In this document: in pieces, positions 11,173 through 24,859 of the stretch
Position numbering within the stretch: position 1 is the stretch's first letter
Layout of the letters: each line of letters begins with the position of its first letter
DNA from: Balanoglossus misakiensis
Lineage: Eukaryota; Animalia; Hemichordata
Direction: 5' to 3'
Length of the DNA stretch: 64,000 nucleotides
Assembly: GCA_040954595.2 (NCBI GenBank)
Contig: CM082577.2
Coordinates: forward strand, 11,813,654 to 11,877,653
Translations under genes and position numbers: made by a program
The notes under the pieces: model-generated
Told to the model about the DNA's origin: nothing
Databases searched by the model: none
The model's input: only the letters and a program-made list of their open reading frames with translations

Positions 11173-13681
11173 GAAGTTTCGACCACCCCTCCAGTGATAA
11201 TCGACGAACCATTGTCAAAGAATGCGCACAACTATGCGCAATGCATTTGTACAACGTTTGTAACAACAACAGCAGCAGTAAGTACGGTTGAGGGCGCTTT
11301 TCAAATTAGAGTTTCGTCTGCTGTCTGCTATCAACTTTTTTTCACTGCAAAGTAAAAAAACAACAATATTTGCCCAAATGAACAACAGATTGATAATTCA
11401 AATGGTATTTTGTGCAAAAAAATACTTAATAAATTTGAGAAAAATGGGGGGAAAAACTCGCCGCGCTGCCAAGTTCTTACATGTATGTTGAGTGTGTAAC
11501 GTACGTGTTGTAGTACATGTAGTACCGTTTACTTTTGACGTTTACAAAAACACTTACTTGTTTGGGTATCTTCTATCATTACTGCAATTAAAAACAGCAC
11601 ATCGATCTCCTCCACCCATATTTACCACTATTATAAGTAACTGAACCTGTTATTTGGAAACAAAAATTACCCCGCGCTGCGCGGCCGGCTATCATTCGCA
11701 CAAACGGGACGCTGCACTGTTGTATGTTGCGGGGCAACAGGACAGTGCCCCCAATGCCCCCACAATGCACCACGCGCTTTAAAGATGGCGGTACCCACGA
11801 ACGGACTACCGGTATGGTGTACTAATTAGTCTAGATTGGCATGTGTACTGTTTGCGGTCTTGTTGCTGTTGAGGATTAAATTGTGAGGATTGTAAGGAAG
11901 TTTAAGGTCTGTATGTGTTCTATACTTCTCATTTCATCGACAGTAATACTACAGTCATCTAAGTAAAAGCCCACAAACTGGTTCACATGAAGTTGATGCG
12001 CGCCGCAGATCATACTTACCGGTATAACAACAATAACACAGCCCTGCTAGTGCTTGTTAAAACAGCAACTGTCTCTCGAACGTCATCCAGCTGTAATGTA
12101 AAGGAGCTTGTCAGTGGTTTCATGTTTTTATGATTGCTGCGAGTCCGTATAGGGCTGCATTCGCAAACCCCTCTGGAGGGGGGGGGGGGGAGAATTCAAT
12201 TTGTTCAACCATGCTGGAATCTGCGTACTTTCTTTAATTTCAAGACAGTTCTTACAGTCATTTGGGGAGTTCATTGCCTGGTCAATCAAACAGCACCCCC
12301 TTACAGCTGAATCAGCCTGCAGTTGTGGAAATGAAGATTTAACTCACTTCTGTATTAAGATTCAACGATTAAGCTGGGCTGCTGAGTGCACAGATGAGGG
12401 CCATTTACCCACACGTGGTCTAAGCCAAAATGTATATTGTGTTCATTCATTTATTCATTGCATCAATATATTTTGTCTATCCCCAGCCTCCTGAAATCAT
12501 CTCATCTGCTGTTGGCCTTTAGCCTGTGCCAATTGGCAAACAGAGGCCACGTGGGATTCCTGCCAGCCCACCACGTAAAATTTTTGGTCTACTGGTCGCA
12601 GAGAAGTGTATCTGCCTGTCAACACAGATGCCAGCATGAATATGTGAGTGTCTGTCCTTGTCTTTGCTTAATTGAAAATGCCTACTTTAGATCTGTAATG
12701 AAAATTAAGAAAGTACCCCATTTTTTCTGTGAAATAGACATTTAATTGGCACGCCATCTAGCATCAATTAGTCAGCGTGTATGCACTGAAGCACACACAA
12801 GGGGCTTTGCATGGTACATTGTTTATATTTATTTAAGTATTTGTATTCTGTGTTGGCAGACATTGTAAACTGAGAAGTGAAGGGGGTGTAGAAAATTTTA
12901 TAAAATACATAGCTCAAAGCTGCATTTTAATGAACCCAAAAGCAAATTAACTCAACTACTGGTATGTTGGGGAGGACAAATCTAACCTTCACCGCTCAAA
13001 GTCAGCATTGGGGTGGGGGGGGGGGGGGGCAAGTCTCCTGACCTGTGACACTAGATAAACCAGTCAATGATTGAAAGGTGTTGATGAATTTCGGGGGTGG
13101 GTGTGGGATGAGAGTAAAAATCTTGTCAAAATGAATAAATGCTTGAGACAGATTATTCATTTTGGCGAGTTTATCACTCTCGTGTCTACAAGTGGGATAG
13201 ACGTTGTGTATGGTCGAACATTGATTCACTATATATCCACATGGAGAATAACATAAGCAGTGTCTTGTATCATACATAATTAATGGAAAAAGGGCAGCAA
13301 GAGAGAGACTTTATCCCTTTTAAGTAACCCCACAACACTAGGCAAAACTTCTAGTACCGGTACGGTAGGGCAGCCAGAAGAAACGTCGAGGGGGCGGGGC
13401 AGCTTCATACTGTTTTTTTGTGATCGATGCCACATTGTTTTCGTGATACACCAGGCTGGTAATTCACATTGTTAATTGATGTCATTATTTACTTTTTCAG
13501 GAAATTCACGAATACGAAGGTAATGATCAATCACTTCATTAATTGATACTGAAATTTGCCCGGATACTTTTGATTTGTTTATCTAGTGACCTGAGCATCT
13601 ACAAGAAGCTAAAGTTCTGTAAGTAAATATTACTTAATACATTGTATTTACTTTTGTCCTTGCTTGTTTCTTATTTTGCAG

Positions 13682-16260
13682 AATGCATGTTCCATTGTAG
13701 ATATCATTTATAAAATGATATTAAAAAAGGAGACTGGAAGTAACATGGTAGGATGTTCATATTGTCCAAATTTCAAGCCAACATTTCCCAGTAAACTGAA
13801 AAAGCACGCAAAAGCTCATCAGAACAGTGCAGTGTCAGTGCCAGAATTAGGTAAGCATTTTTTAGTTTCTGAATAATATCAGAGATATCTTCATCTGTGC
13901 TACATATGACAGATTTACATGTACTTTTTGGCATTTGTAATGAATGTAAATTTCAAGAAAAAATGGGAAATTACAAATACACATGGATATGTTATTAGTA
14001 CATGTATGACTGGTGATTGATTAAAGTTCTTGTCTTTCGGAAGAATCCAACTTTTTTGTCATCCCATTACAACTTACTTGAATATAATGGCACTACAAAT
14101 GGACTTAGTTTCTTTTATGTTTATGTTTGCCTACCAGAAGATCCAGTTCTTGCCTGTCATTTAAAATGTCGAATTGAAAGTGGACACAGTGAGGGAGATG
14201 GCCATGGTCATTACCACTGTCCTCGATGTGAAAGAACATTGTCACGCAAAGATAGATTTGAAAAACACTGGAATAAAATGTGCAAAAGCAAACATACAGG
14301 ATCGGAAGCTGGTAACACAGGGTATATTTGTGAGTTTCATACATAATAATGGTTATTTCTTGTAAGTTTATAATACTAATACTGTTTATGTAACCATGTT
14401 TATAAATAATTTAGGTGGCGATAAATGTTACATACATATTTCTCATCAGAGACAATGTCAGAACTCCACAACAGATTTTTTTTATAATGCTGAGTATCTT
14501 TGGTACAGTTTAGTTTCACCAGAATCAGAAATTTGTAACCCACATTTAGATATACAAACCTACCTAAAACTGAAATTTGGCAGAAATCATTGTTTTAAGG
14601 TACAATATCACCTGTCAATTTGTCTTGGAGGTATGTGTATTACAACTGTGACATTGGAAAAATTCTGATCTCTAAGAATAGTAGATGGCGTATAGTAATT
14701 GTAGATTGCTAAGCGAAATAGCTAATATTTTCTCCACTTACACATATGTTTTTTTTTACAAAGATGACACTCTGCCTACAAAAATAAAGGATGGGAATGG
14801 CGAATCTGCGAAGAAAAGATGTCTACCAATGCCAATAAGCCCTGAATCTGGAAAAAAGAGACGACAATCAGCTCCCTCTGTCACACAAATGAAGGGTCCA
14901 GCTTCTGCGAAACGTAAACTGGAACAAACACAAGGACCTCCCCAAAAGAAGGCATTTGTTACATCAACACAACCTACTGATTCCCCTGATAAAGATTTCC
15001 CCTTGCAAAATGTCTATGTAAGTTAAAGTTTGAATCCAGCGTTGTACTTTGATGTGTAGGAAGAAGTATTTCGGATAAATTTTCACCAAGTGAAGAGGTC
15101 CAATATTCCTTTTCACTGACTCGTTATTTGATCTTTTTTCCAGTCTGGCTCTGGAGGCACAACTTCTGATGAATGTTATACTGATACAGGAAGAACGATA
15201 ATGTTCCCATCAACAGAAGTTGAGATGTCAACCCCAAATGATGGTCACAGAATAGACATGTTCCGCGTGAAGTTTAACACAATATTAACATTCATGACAC
15301 AAGTGAGTTAATTCAGGAAATTTCAGTTTCTGAGATAGACATTGTGTTCAACTGTATGGTGTGCTGTTAGGTGCTCATGACTTTGAAAAGACTTACAGAT
15401 GAAGAAAGATTATTTGCAGATATGCTTCTTTTAGTATCGAGTTTTGAATAAGAATTTCAGAACTTGATACGGTAATGGCAAAAATAAGTTCCAGGCAACA
15501 ACAAAGAAAAAAAAGCGGTAAGCCACAAAAGCAATGGAAGTGGGATCATTTTCAAATCCTCTAGTAAGCTTGTATTTTACTCGTACTCAAACTTTCAAAG
15601 ATCATTCAATGTACCACTGAACTAACAAACCATTTGTCAAATACAGGAATCTACCTACGAAACTGATAGCTCTTTCGATTTTCGAGCATCCAATACGGTT
15701 GAGAAAACCCTATCTTCCCCACACCCATGGAGGATGTTGGATAGAAAAGAACAAGTTGCTGCTCCAGATATGTCCATAGCTCCAGATCCAGTTATGTTCC
15801 CAGGAACTAACCAAAAGCCACCCTGGCTATCTGGGTACTTCCCTGAACATATACAGCTAGAGACTGACTATGACAACATCAGAACACTTCCATCTGAGGA
15901 ATTTGGTACGTATATAATTTTTTTCTTGTGAAATACCTGGATTTTAATCTAAGTAAATGGCAGTTACACATGGATGTATTTCATGGTAGTGTTTCCCCAT
16001 GATTCGGTCCAAATCTGTTGGTCCTACGGTAAGATTGAACGTAACCTCTATACAGGGAAGTGGGGGAGAAATATTGCCAACTATGTGTTCAAATCACGTT
16101 GTTACTTCAGTTTTGATAAACATATTAGTGTAGAGTCAGGCGATTAATATATATCCTAGCTTTAAGCCTTCATTGCAGTAATACCATATCTTTTATTTTT
16201 TTGCAGGGTGAACCAATTTATAGCCATCTTTCGATCGTCGATTTATGTGCTCATTTGAAA
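13682..16260 (+). CDS. Multi-exon gene or gene relic with C2H2/Cys-His zinc fingers followed by a basic, low-complexity region
   Basis: GT-AG bounded exons at about 13682-13850, 14138-14321, 14764-15017, 15144-15302 and 15647-15906. Peptides CSYCPNFKPTFPSKLKKHAKAH and LACHLKCR..HYHCPRCERTLSRKDRFEKH. AATAAA at ~16915. Confidence 0.55.
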
Positions 16261-19200
16261 GTTACTCATTCACAGTCAGTGAAATATTAAAGGAACGTAC
16301 ATGTATTTGAATACTCAATAATATTGGATTGATGACAGAGATATTTGCCAGTATAGGCATTTGCATAATTTTTGTATTAAGTGACTGAGTGTGTTTAGTC
16401 AGTCCCTGTTTCAGATTTATGCAGAAGTTCAGTGTCATCACCAAAATTATCATAGTTATAGAAGCATTTTGCTGTAGTCGTGTGTGAAAAACAGAGTAGT
16501 GCAAGTTCAATATTTGTGACCAATAGAACCAGTAACTTTGACGGTCTTTTGCAAAAGCAGATTGATGGGTTGAGACATACTACTCTTCTTGAAGAGTAGT
16601 AATACAAATGTGACATTCTGTACTTAATTCTGATATATTTAAGGTGACTGGCAAGATTATTTTTATTTGACTCTGATTAATTATATCAACCAGTTATATG
16701 AAACAGGACACTTAATTTGTTTTTAAAGAATCTGTAATAATCTGTCATAAATAATATCTTGTATTTCTTTTGTTTTTATGATTTCTCTTTTCCACTTTTG
16801 TGTTTGTAATTTACCAAAGTAAAACAAGCGCCTTTGCTTATCAAGAAATGTATGCTTTTGTTTTGTGGTTTCGTGAGTGTTGTTTAAAGTTCCAGTTTAC
16901 AATTTTTTTTCTTCAATAAACCTTACTTACTGAACAATCTTTGTATTTGTCTTTTTGTGTGTGTATTACCCCAGGGCCCGTCTTATCAGTGATTAATCCA
17001 AAATACAAGCTATCAAGTTTCCCATTAAGCACCTGCTAATTACTTTAATTGTACCCCATTGACGGATTAACTGAGTAAGTTGATAAAGTAAACATTCGTA
17101 CTGGGTATAACAGTTACATGTATACGGCTTCATGTACCCCAGGAAACAAGCAGCTGTGCCACACACCACTGTACTTTGTGTTGCTGTAGCTTTAGACACA
17201 CAAGCCTGCCACGCAGAGCTGGTGTTGTTTAACCAGCTATTAAATTTTTAATTACCAGTGGCAGGTCAGTGAGCGTCTTTGTCTGTCCGTGTGTCTGTTC
17301 CTGGGCTGACTGAAAGAAGTTGCTTGTCATATGTGTTTGTACAGACAATTTCTGGTCGAAAATAAAATTTTCTAGGACCACTTATAAGACTGCCATGACA
17401 CATGACAGTTTATTGGGCATGTTCCTTGTTAATTATTTTTCATTCCATATTTCTTTATGATTACATCATATCTGCTTGCAATGTCACCTGTAATTTTTAT
17501 TCTGGTGTATCCCTATTTCTGCGTAATCCTCCTTGACACTATTTTTAGTAAGAACTAATCAAACCTACCACTAAACTCTCAAATGTCGGTGATGCAGTTA
17601 GGCTACTACTATAACTACATCTCTAAGAAACCCCTGGCCGTAAAGTGCCTGCATAAATAAAATCTGAAGAGGCTGAACTGAAAAGAAGGCCCATCACTCG
17701 GAAGAGAAGGCGGAAAACAATAATGATAAGAAGAGAATAGCTACGGGCCAGACTACACTGAGAGGACAGACAGCCCATTAAAAGGAACACTAGTAGAGAG
17801 AACAGGCAAATCATAAGGACAATCATAAAAAACATATTTGTCTAAATTATTAAAAGAATTCCCAGAACTTGCTGTCTCTGATGCTAGGATACAGGGAGAG
17901 TCTGCTGCTCTGGGAAGAGTCATAACTTAAGTTTTAAATATACTAAAAAAATGGCCCGAAATCAAAGAGTTTAAGTAGAAAAAGAGCTGACCAGGGGTGC
18001 CGGGTGTACTGTAAACGAACTTTTGGTCACTGCACTGCTGCTGTATTAATTCTGTCGTGTATAAAATAAATATGGAGACATGGCATTGTGCATCAAGTTA
18101 AACATGACAATATTATGAACACTGATTTGACTGCTATTTCAAGACTGCACATTCCAATGACTGCCGCAAGGCCGCTCTTGCTATTATGTTGACGGTACCT
18201 GTGAATAATTTGTTGCCACTCTTGTCTATTCTTGCATATACACATCTGTCAAATCAATCACTTCTTCATCACAGTTCCCTTTTTCATACATATAGACTGT
18301 ATGAATATTGCGGTAGTTCTCTTTTTGGAATAAGTGATATGGCTCTAAAAGGGCAGTTTATGGTTTGATTGGAAAAATCACTCCGTTGTTTCATTCAGTG
18401 GCGAAGCTGCAGTGCTGCCCGAGTATACAACCCAATCCCAATACGATTTGGAGTTGACCTTTAGTCTTTTCCACCTGAAAAATAAAAAAAATATATAAAA
18501 TAAATTAATACCCTCCAAAATAGATGTGAAAAAAATCCACTGATTGATGCTATGTGTAAATAAATGCAGCAACCTAATATTTTTAATTTTTGTTACTATC
18601 AATACAGTAATGACCACTTTGTATTTAACAACCTGGGTTTTGCAGCTCTTAACATTGTATGATAAACCATTCTTCATGTACTCACCAAATCAAATGGCAT
18701 AGGAAACTGAAGACATATGTATCATATCTTACTATTTTGGATCGTGTATGCAGCAACATGTCTTTCCTCCCAGATGTGAAAATGTTCTGCTACTTCTTTG
18801 TCACCATCTTCAATTGCATAGCACAGCTGTCTGAATTCAATTTCCAAGAGGGTGTACCTTGAATCCTTCAGTGATTTACCACCATCTCTGGAAGTTTTTT
18901 ACAATGCATCAAAAACGTAAATGAGATTAATATCTCTATCAGGAGCATTTCTGCATACTTTAGTCCACACGGTGAACATCACATAATAACAAGATCATGA
19001 TTTTGGCATTGTAAAGATTTCTCGCCAGTGCAGACTTTTCAGTGGTGTCACCTCACAAAATCAAGATGGTGGTGTGTGTTTTGTGAGTGATTTTCTGCAG
19101 ATGCGCAGTACAAATGCATATTACCTTGGGAATGATTTTCTTTTCTTTTGGCTTTCATGCATGTACTGGTAGATCTCAAGTAGGTTACTGCCTATTTATT

Positions 19201-20957
19201 ACACAACTTGTCTAAATATAGGTACTTTACCTGCAGTACATGCCAGAACCACAATGTACCGGTTTGATCATAGACCTAATCTTTTCCACATTTTCTGTCC
19301 TGCAGTGGCCTATCTGGCGGTCTGGGTGATGCTCAGTCAGAAGTGGGGCAATATTGAATGTCCTCATCTTCTTAGGTGTTAGGCTTTAACCATGTGATAC
19401 TTACATTACAGTTTGTCTCATGCTCTTCACAGGCAAAGAGTGGTGGGAATGGAACTCAGCAAGAGCTCCTCCCTTTTTGTGCTAATGAAAATGAAAAGTT
19501 ATTATATTAAGCACAGTTGCTAGAAAAGTTTTCTAGTAACCGTGATTTAACTTTAAGTATTGCTGGCCAGTATCCATTCATTTGCCAGTTAAATTTTCAT
19601 ATTTTGAACAGATAAAATTAAAAATCGTACTACCTTTGTGTTACGTGATTTAGATTTTGAGCAAACTCTAATCACATGATATATAATGGTGATTTTTTTC
19701 TCATTGATGTTGAATTTTATCAGAAAAGTCACATACAATTGCAAGCTTCCCTCACCTGATGTTTGACTCTTTGCAAACAATTATGGCAGATCATGCTTCC
19801 TATAGTATTCAGACCTTTCTGTCGTAATTCAACCAAAACCTGCATTGGGCATGATTTTAATGACCTCGAATGACCAGTTGTTGACGGATATATGCAGGTC
19901 TAGATTCGGTGGCTCTTGTCATAATGAAGTCTGCATAAAAATTCACCTTCCTCCACTGCAGCATTCAATGCATATCTACCATAGACGCGACGGCGCTCAC
20001 CACTACATAAATCTTGGTATTGAGACCGTGTACGTGGTGACAAAGCGCATATCATCGCCATCGTCAGGTTTGGCGTAGTATTGACTGGCTTCCTTATGAG
20101 TGAATGATTTCAAATTTCCAACTTACAGCAATCTTGTTGCTTAAGGACGCCGTCATGGTTAGTTCAAAATTTGCGCCACGCTATTGTAATGTTAATTACA
20201 TCCGTTCAGTAAACGTGCGAATTTTGCGGCAAGACTGACTTCCGCATCAAAACATGTATATTGTGTTCATTCATTCATTCATTGCATCAATATATTTTGT
20301 CTATCCCCAGCCTCCTGAAGTCAACTCATCTGCTGTTGGCCTTTAGCCTGTGCCAATTGGCAAACAGAGGCCACGTAATCCGTTGTCGTCAACGTAGCCA
20401 ATTTATCGTCGACTAAACTAGCGTTTAATTACCGTCCTGTGCGTAGTTATTGCCTGGGATCCATGTACACAGCTGTTTTAAAGGGGGACCACACATATGC
20501 AAGATCAATTTCTAATTAAAAGCATATTGAAATTGATACAATTGAAAATAAATAACCACCAGTCTGTGTTTTGACATATGTTAAACATTTCCAGAGGAAC
20601 AAGTGGCTTTGATAGCTTGAATTATGGTTATTCACTTACGCTTTTCCAGGGATTATTTTGCCCTCATGAACATTACTTACTAGGTATTTGAGGTTTTTAC
20701 CCTGGTTTTTAGTGCGGAGTGATTGTAGTTGTAAATGTATCTGCTGTATTTTGCAGAATATTTAGCATGTGAGACTGAGCTTTTCTCCTCAAAAACAGCT
20801 GGGGAGCATTGTAATAAAATATCAGAAAATGTGAAATGAAATTAACTGTGGAGTTGGTTATTAATTAATTAACAAACAAACAAACAAGCAATGTGCAAGG
20901 CAGACTTTACCCAGAGAACAAATTTACTGTCAAATCTGTAATAATATCTAATACCTT

Positions 20958-21318
20958 TCATGATAGCGAAAGGTCAAGCCTGCACACCCTGAAAGGGCCG
21001 TGACCTACACACTGAGTTTTAGCCTTGCAGTACTGTCTGTTGTTATTGATATGGTGTGGTTCCAGTGAAAGGTGTTCTGGCTTGATACAGAGGGAATTAT
21101 GGCATACATGTGAAACATCCAGAGTTTTGACAAGCACTGTGGTATTGTGGTCCACCATGTAAGATACACGATGGACCACAATACATTTCCACGAAGAAGT
21201 GCTCGACAGTTTCACATTTTATGACACCATATTTTCCCCCTGTTTTCAAGGAACCAATGGCCAAGAATGAATTTTCGTGTAGCTTGGTGCGGTATTTCTC
21301 TAGCGTGTCGGGGTCCAT
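20958..21318 (-). pseudogene. His-Me finger endonuclease (zf-His_Me_endon / I-PpoI-like), frameshifted
   Basis: KYGVIK in ORF 21097..21318, then VHRVSYM..DVSHVCHNSLCIKPEHLSLEPHHINNNRQYC..C.GH..C in ORF 20958..21215. Confidence 0.85.
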
Positions 21319-21457
21319 TGCTAATGATAGGTTAGACCCGCCAAAACATAAAAAAATGACACATTGTATCCAATGGGACCTTACCTTAATTTCTTAACAG
21401 TTACTCGGTTGACAGGCCGGTCAAGCTGTCCACGTTTATATCGATGTTTACTCTCAG

Positions 21458-22600
21458 TTACATTCCTCTTGTGTTGATAATAATGTTTGGCCTTTCTGAT
21501 CTGCATTTCAACTGCCTTTGTTTAAATGCAAGTGTCTTTTTGTACATTTTATCATATTGCTTTTCCATTGCCATTGATTTCAGACTTGCTGCTGCACTAC
21601 CACCCCTGGTCAAAGGACAGCCTAAGGCTTCAAGCTTTTTATGTGTTGATTCAGCCAATCCATTATTTAGACGATGAATTGCTGAAGCTACACGTGAAGT
21701 CGCATTGCGAGAGAAATTGACATTTTTAGGTAAGGAAGTACTAATGCCCCGATTCACTGCCTCACACCGTTGAGTATTGGTGCCAAATCTAAGCTTTTCA
21801 AGGCTTTCTTCACTTAATTTTATAGCTATAATATCCCTCAGCAGTATTTCATCATTTTCATTCATGTTGACTTTTGTGAGCCCATAGGGCGACAGATGTA
21901 CAGACCGCTTCATCCAATTCTTTCTTTTCCCACCCTCACAAACGATGGAATTATATCTACACTTTGAGCAGTCTCCCTTATAGCACAAAAGAGTTGCTGC
22001 TGTAACTTTTGGTAGGCGGTCCCCGATTAGTTTTGTGTTTGGCCCATATTTAATGAGTAGTTGTTCCAGAATTTGGTGGCAGCGTGATTTTACATCCATG
22101 GCAAACACTTTCTGGGCAACTGCTCTCTCAGATTTGGTTTCCCCAGGGAACATGTTATCACTAAATGTAGCAGACAGGGTTGCTCTAAACTGGCTTTGAC
22201 CCAGATGGATGGGGTCTGCTAAACGTGTCACATTCCAGAGCGGATGTAAAAATTGAAGACCCTCTTCTAAGCCAGCTGCGCTACGTCCATCGCCATCAGT
22301 GGTGGCATATTTTGTGAGAAGTTCATTGAAGCCAAATTTGAGTCCTAGCTCTTTGCCAATTGTATATTCAGACAATGGCTCATGTGCCTTGAGATTTGCC
22401 GTGCAATTTACATGGTTCCCAGGGCAATGTACATCATATCCTCTCCCCTTAAGCCAAGCCCCTGTCCAACAGAGTTTATTTTGTAGTACCATGCCAATAA
22501 TTTGGTGCTGGTCTGTTTGATCTTCACAACAGATACCTACTGCCTGGGAAGCGGCCTGCCCTAGTTTTTTGCGACTGGCAATCGTATTTGAGTTGTCCCA
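21458..22600 (-). CDS. Kolobok/Mutator-like DDE transposase, C-terminal portion (5'-truncated)
   Basis: NKLC..CPGNH..CTAN, TTDGDGRS, ADPIH, NTQRCEAVNR..SLPKNVNFSRN; the frame extends upstream of the Met to ~22600. Confidence 0.8.
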   Translation of the reverse strand, partial: WDNSNTIASRKKLGQAASQAVGICCEDQTDQHQIIGMVLQNKLCWTGAWLKGRGYDVHCPGNHVNCTANLKAHEPLSEYTIGKELGLKFGFNELLTKYATTDGDGRSAAGLEEGLQFLHPLWNVTRLADPIHLGQSQFRATLSATFSDNMFPGETKSERAVAQKVFAMDVKSRCHQILEQLLIKYGPNTKLIGDRLPKVTAATLLCYKGDCSKCRYNSIVCEGGKRKNWMKRSVHLSPYGLTKVNMNENDEILLRDIIAIKLSEESLEKLRFGTNTQRCEAVNRGISTSLPKNVNFSRNATSRVASAIHRLNNGLAESTHKKLEALGCPLTRGGSAAASLKSMAMEKQYDKMYKKTLAFKQRQLKCRSERPNIIINTRGM

Positions 22601-23550
22601 ACATTGTTCGAGGTTGTCTGCATAGAACTCCGGGAAGGTGGGTGAATATCTGCTGCTGCTAAAAGACTAACTTACCCCCCTACGTCAATTTATATGCACT
22701 TTTAGGGTTTCCTGCATACGTTACCCAATATAATTTAGAAGCCAATAACTCGAAAACGCCCCAGTGCCCAGATGGCAAACAAAGTGAATTTTACTCAGTA
22801 TATGATAGGCTTTCAGAAAAAAAGGGGGGGGGGGGTAAACCTATATACTAGCTCATGGTTTATGAACATTTACTGACTGACCTGTTTCTTAATTGCCAAG
22901 AAATGGCTAGCCATCTTTGTGCTCCTTATCCTTTTTTATTGACCTGGTTTTCTGGTTGTTCAGTGATTTTAGCCCGTGATTTCAATGTTTGATTGAGACG
23001 AGAAAAGCTGAACGAAAGCCCTACATAGTCCTGGCCAACGTCGTCTCACCAACCTTTAACCTTATACAGCCTTACATGTCCAGATGGCTGCCTTCGACAG
23101 CAGAACTATGTTCGTCTGCTGCCCATAATCTGACCCGGTTCTTCACAAAACTGGCAGGTCTTCCTTCCTCGACCGCTTATCCTATTAATGTCTGAAACTT
23201 TTTAAAACTCTGTCTTTAAATAAACAGAATACATAAGAACAATGTTATGAAATTAACAAATACTCAAACGCCTATACTATTGTATGTCAATTATAATAGT
23301 CTAATATACCGGTAGTTTCTATCCAGCAACAAGTGTTCTGTTATCATCTTGAATCATTAACCCACTATAGTTACAGCCGGTAGAATATATATATGCGGTA
23401 TTGATATATTCGCGTTCATCTCAATCGCCAGTAATCCGTTGTCATCAACGTAGCCAATTTATCGTCGACTAAATTAGCGTTTAATTACCGTCCCGTGCAT
23501 AGTTATTGCCTGGGATCCATGTACACAGCTGTTTTAAGTTAGTGTGCTTC

Positions 23551-24008
23551 TCAAATACAGCTTCGACGAGCGCATAGAAGTATTTCTGCCTTTGGTGTTG
23601 ATGAACATACATGTTCCAGTGCGTCTTTGTCGTATTGTGTGTGCGGGTTTGGGTTACCCAAATTCACATGTTGTAACTGGGTCATGCGTGGATATGTGAG
23701 TATTTGTTCAAAGAAACAACGCTCGCCGTAAAATTCCACCAGATTGGGAAAATTTGCCAATGTTGCAAAAGCCGATTGCTTACCTTATGGTAAAATAAAA
23801 GGATACTGAGTAGTAGATTGGATAGGTAACTTCGTAGAATTTCTAGGAGCTCAGATAGTAGCGTGTTGCTTGTAGCTGGACTCGTAGTAGGAAGGGTAGA
23901 ACCATTTCTGCCCAAGGGGTGAGTGGGGTCGGTGACGTCATGACAGATGTAGATACACAACACCAACCATTTCATTGAACATCCGTCAACTACGTATAAG
24001 TTTCCCAA
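23551..24008 (-). pseudogene. Frameshifted ORF of unknown function, paralogous to 26397-26670, 30123-30360 and 33408-33690
   Basis: HDVTDPTHPLGR..KVSNRL versus NDVIEPTHPFGR..KVSNRL/QL. Confidence 0.45.
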
Positions 24009-24059
24009 ATTATATTATAACTTATATCCAACACCCTTAATGTATGCATAGACGGCAAA

Positions 24060-24557
24060 CTAGCCATACCGCGTAATATACTCACAATTGACGAGCGGCA
24101 AAACTTCGAGTGTAGTCAACACTCCCAGATCCTTATTCATAATGCCCGAGTTGTTCAGACGTAGTTTCCGCAGTTTGGGTAGACTTGGAAAGTGGTTAAG
24201 TGAATTCACGTTGGTGTTTGACAGGTCCACTTCGCGAAGTTGTTTATTGTTTGTCAGCCATTCCAAATCGTTATTGGAGAATTCAGTTCCATGTAGATTC
24301 AATGAACGTAGGTTTCTGGCCGAGTTGAGGAAACCAAATCTATCCATCGATCCATACATGTGTCCGTTTACACATAATCTGGTTAAATTCAGGTGGGATA
24401 AACAGTTGGACTTGCTGACAAAACGCGTGAGGCATGCTTCCGCCGATGTTATGTTTTGCGTAACAAAGTGATTACTCGCTATGGCACGTGTATATCTAGC
24501 CGTTCGCACGAATGACTTGCGCGAGATAAAACATCTTCGAGTTTTGTATAGTCGCAA
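24060..24557 (-). CDS. Intronless leucine-rich-repeat protein fragment
   Basis: LSHLNLT, LRSLNLHGT, LREVDLSNT, LRKLRLNNS, LEVLPLVNCEYIT (LxxLxL periodicity). Confidence 0.7.
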   Translation of the reverse strand: MRLYKTRRCFISRKSFVRTARYTRAIASNHFVTQNITSAEACLTRFVSKSNCLSHLNLTRLCVNGHMYGSMDRFGFLNSARNLRSLNLHGTEFSNNDLEWLTNNKQLREVDLSNTNVNSLNHFPSLPKLRKLRLNNSGIMNKDLGVLTTLEVLPLVNCEYITRYG

Positions 24558-24859
24558 ATGGCCACCATCCGCCGAGCTTTATGTTTTTCCAGACTTGCGG
24601 ATACTTATAAAGTTATTTCTATTTCATCATCCCCACTGTCTACATTCATTTCCTCTAACAATAACTCAGTTGTGGCTTTCTACCGGCAATGTGTGTCTAC
24701 CATCAGTGACAGGGTCTTCAGTAGTGCCAGGATTTGTATTTAAACATTTTCTACATGTACTTCAAGGCCCACACAGATTATTTTTTTACATCTACAAAAT
24801 TTTGTTTCACAAGACTGTCCCTGCTGTCCCTGTTTAGAAGTGTGCTTCTCTTGATTTTA

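Larger units (their letters stand above)
20482..22600 (-). mobile_element. 5'-truncated KolobokP-like DNA transposon (DDE transposase plus His-Me finger nuclease), end at TTAA|AGGGGGACC
   Basis: Gene pair, a Kolobok-type RR terminus after TTAA (20478-20481), and an empty paralogous site at ~23430-23537. Confidence 0.8.

Noticed and set aside
20958-21318. Group I intron homing endonuclease
   Set aside because: No rRNA or intron context; its position behind a Kolobok-type transposase explains it.
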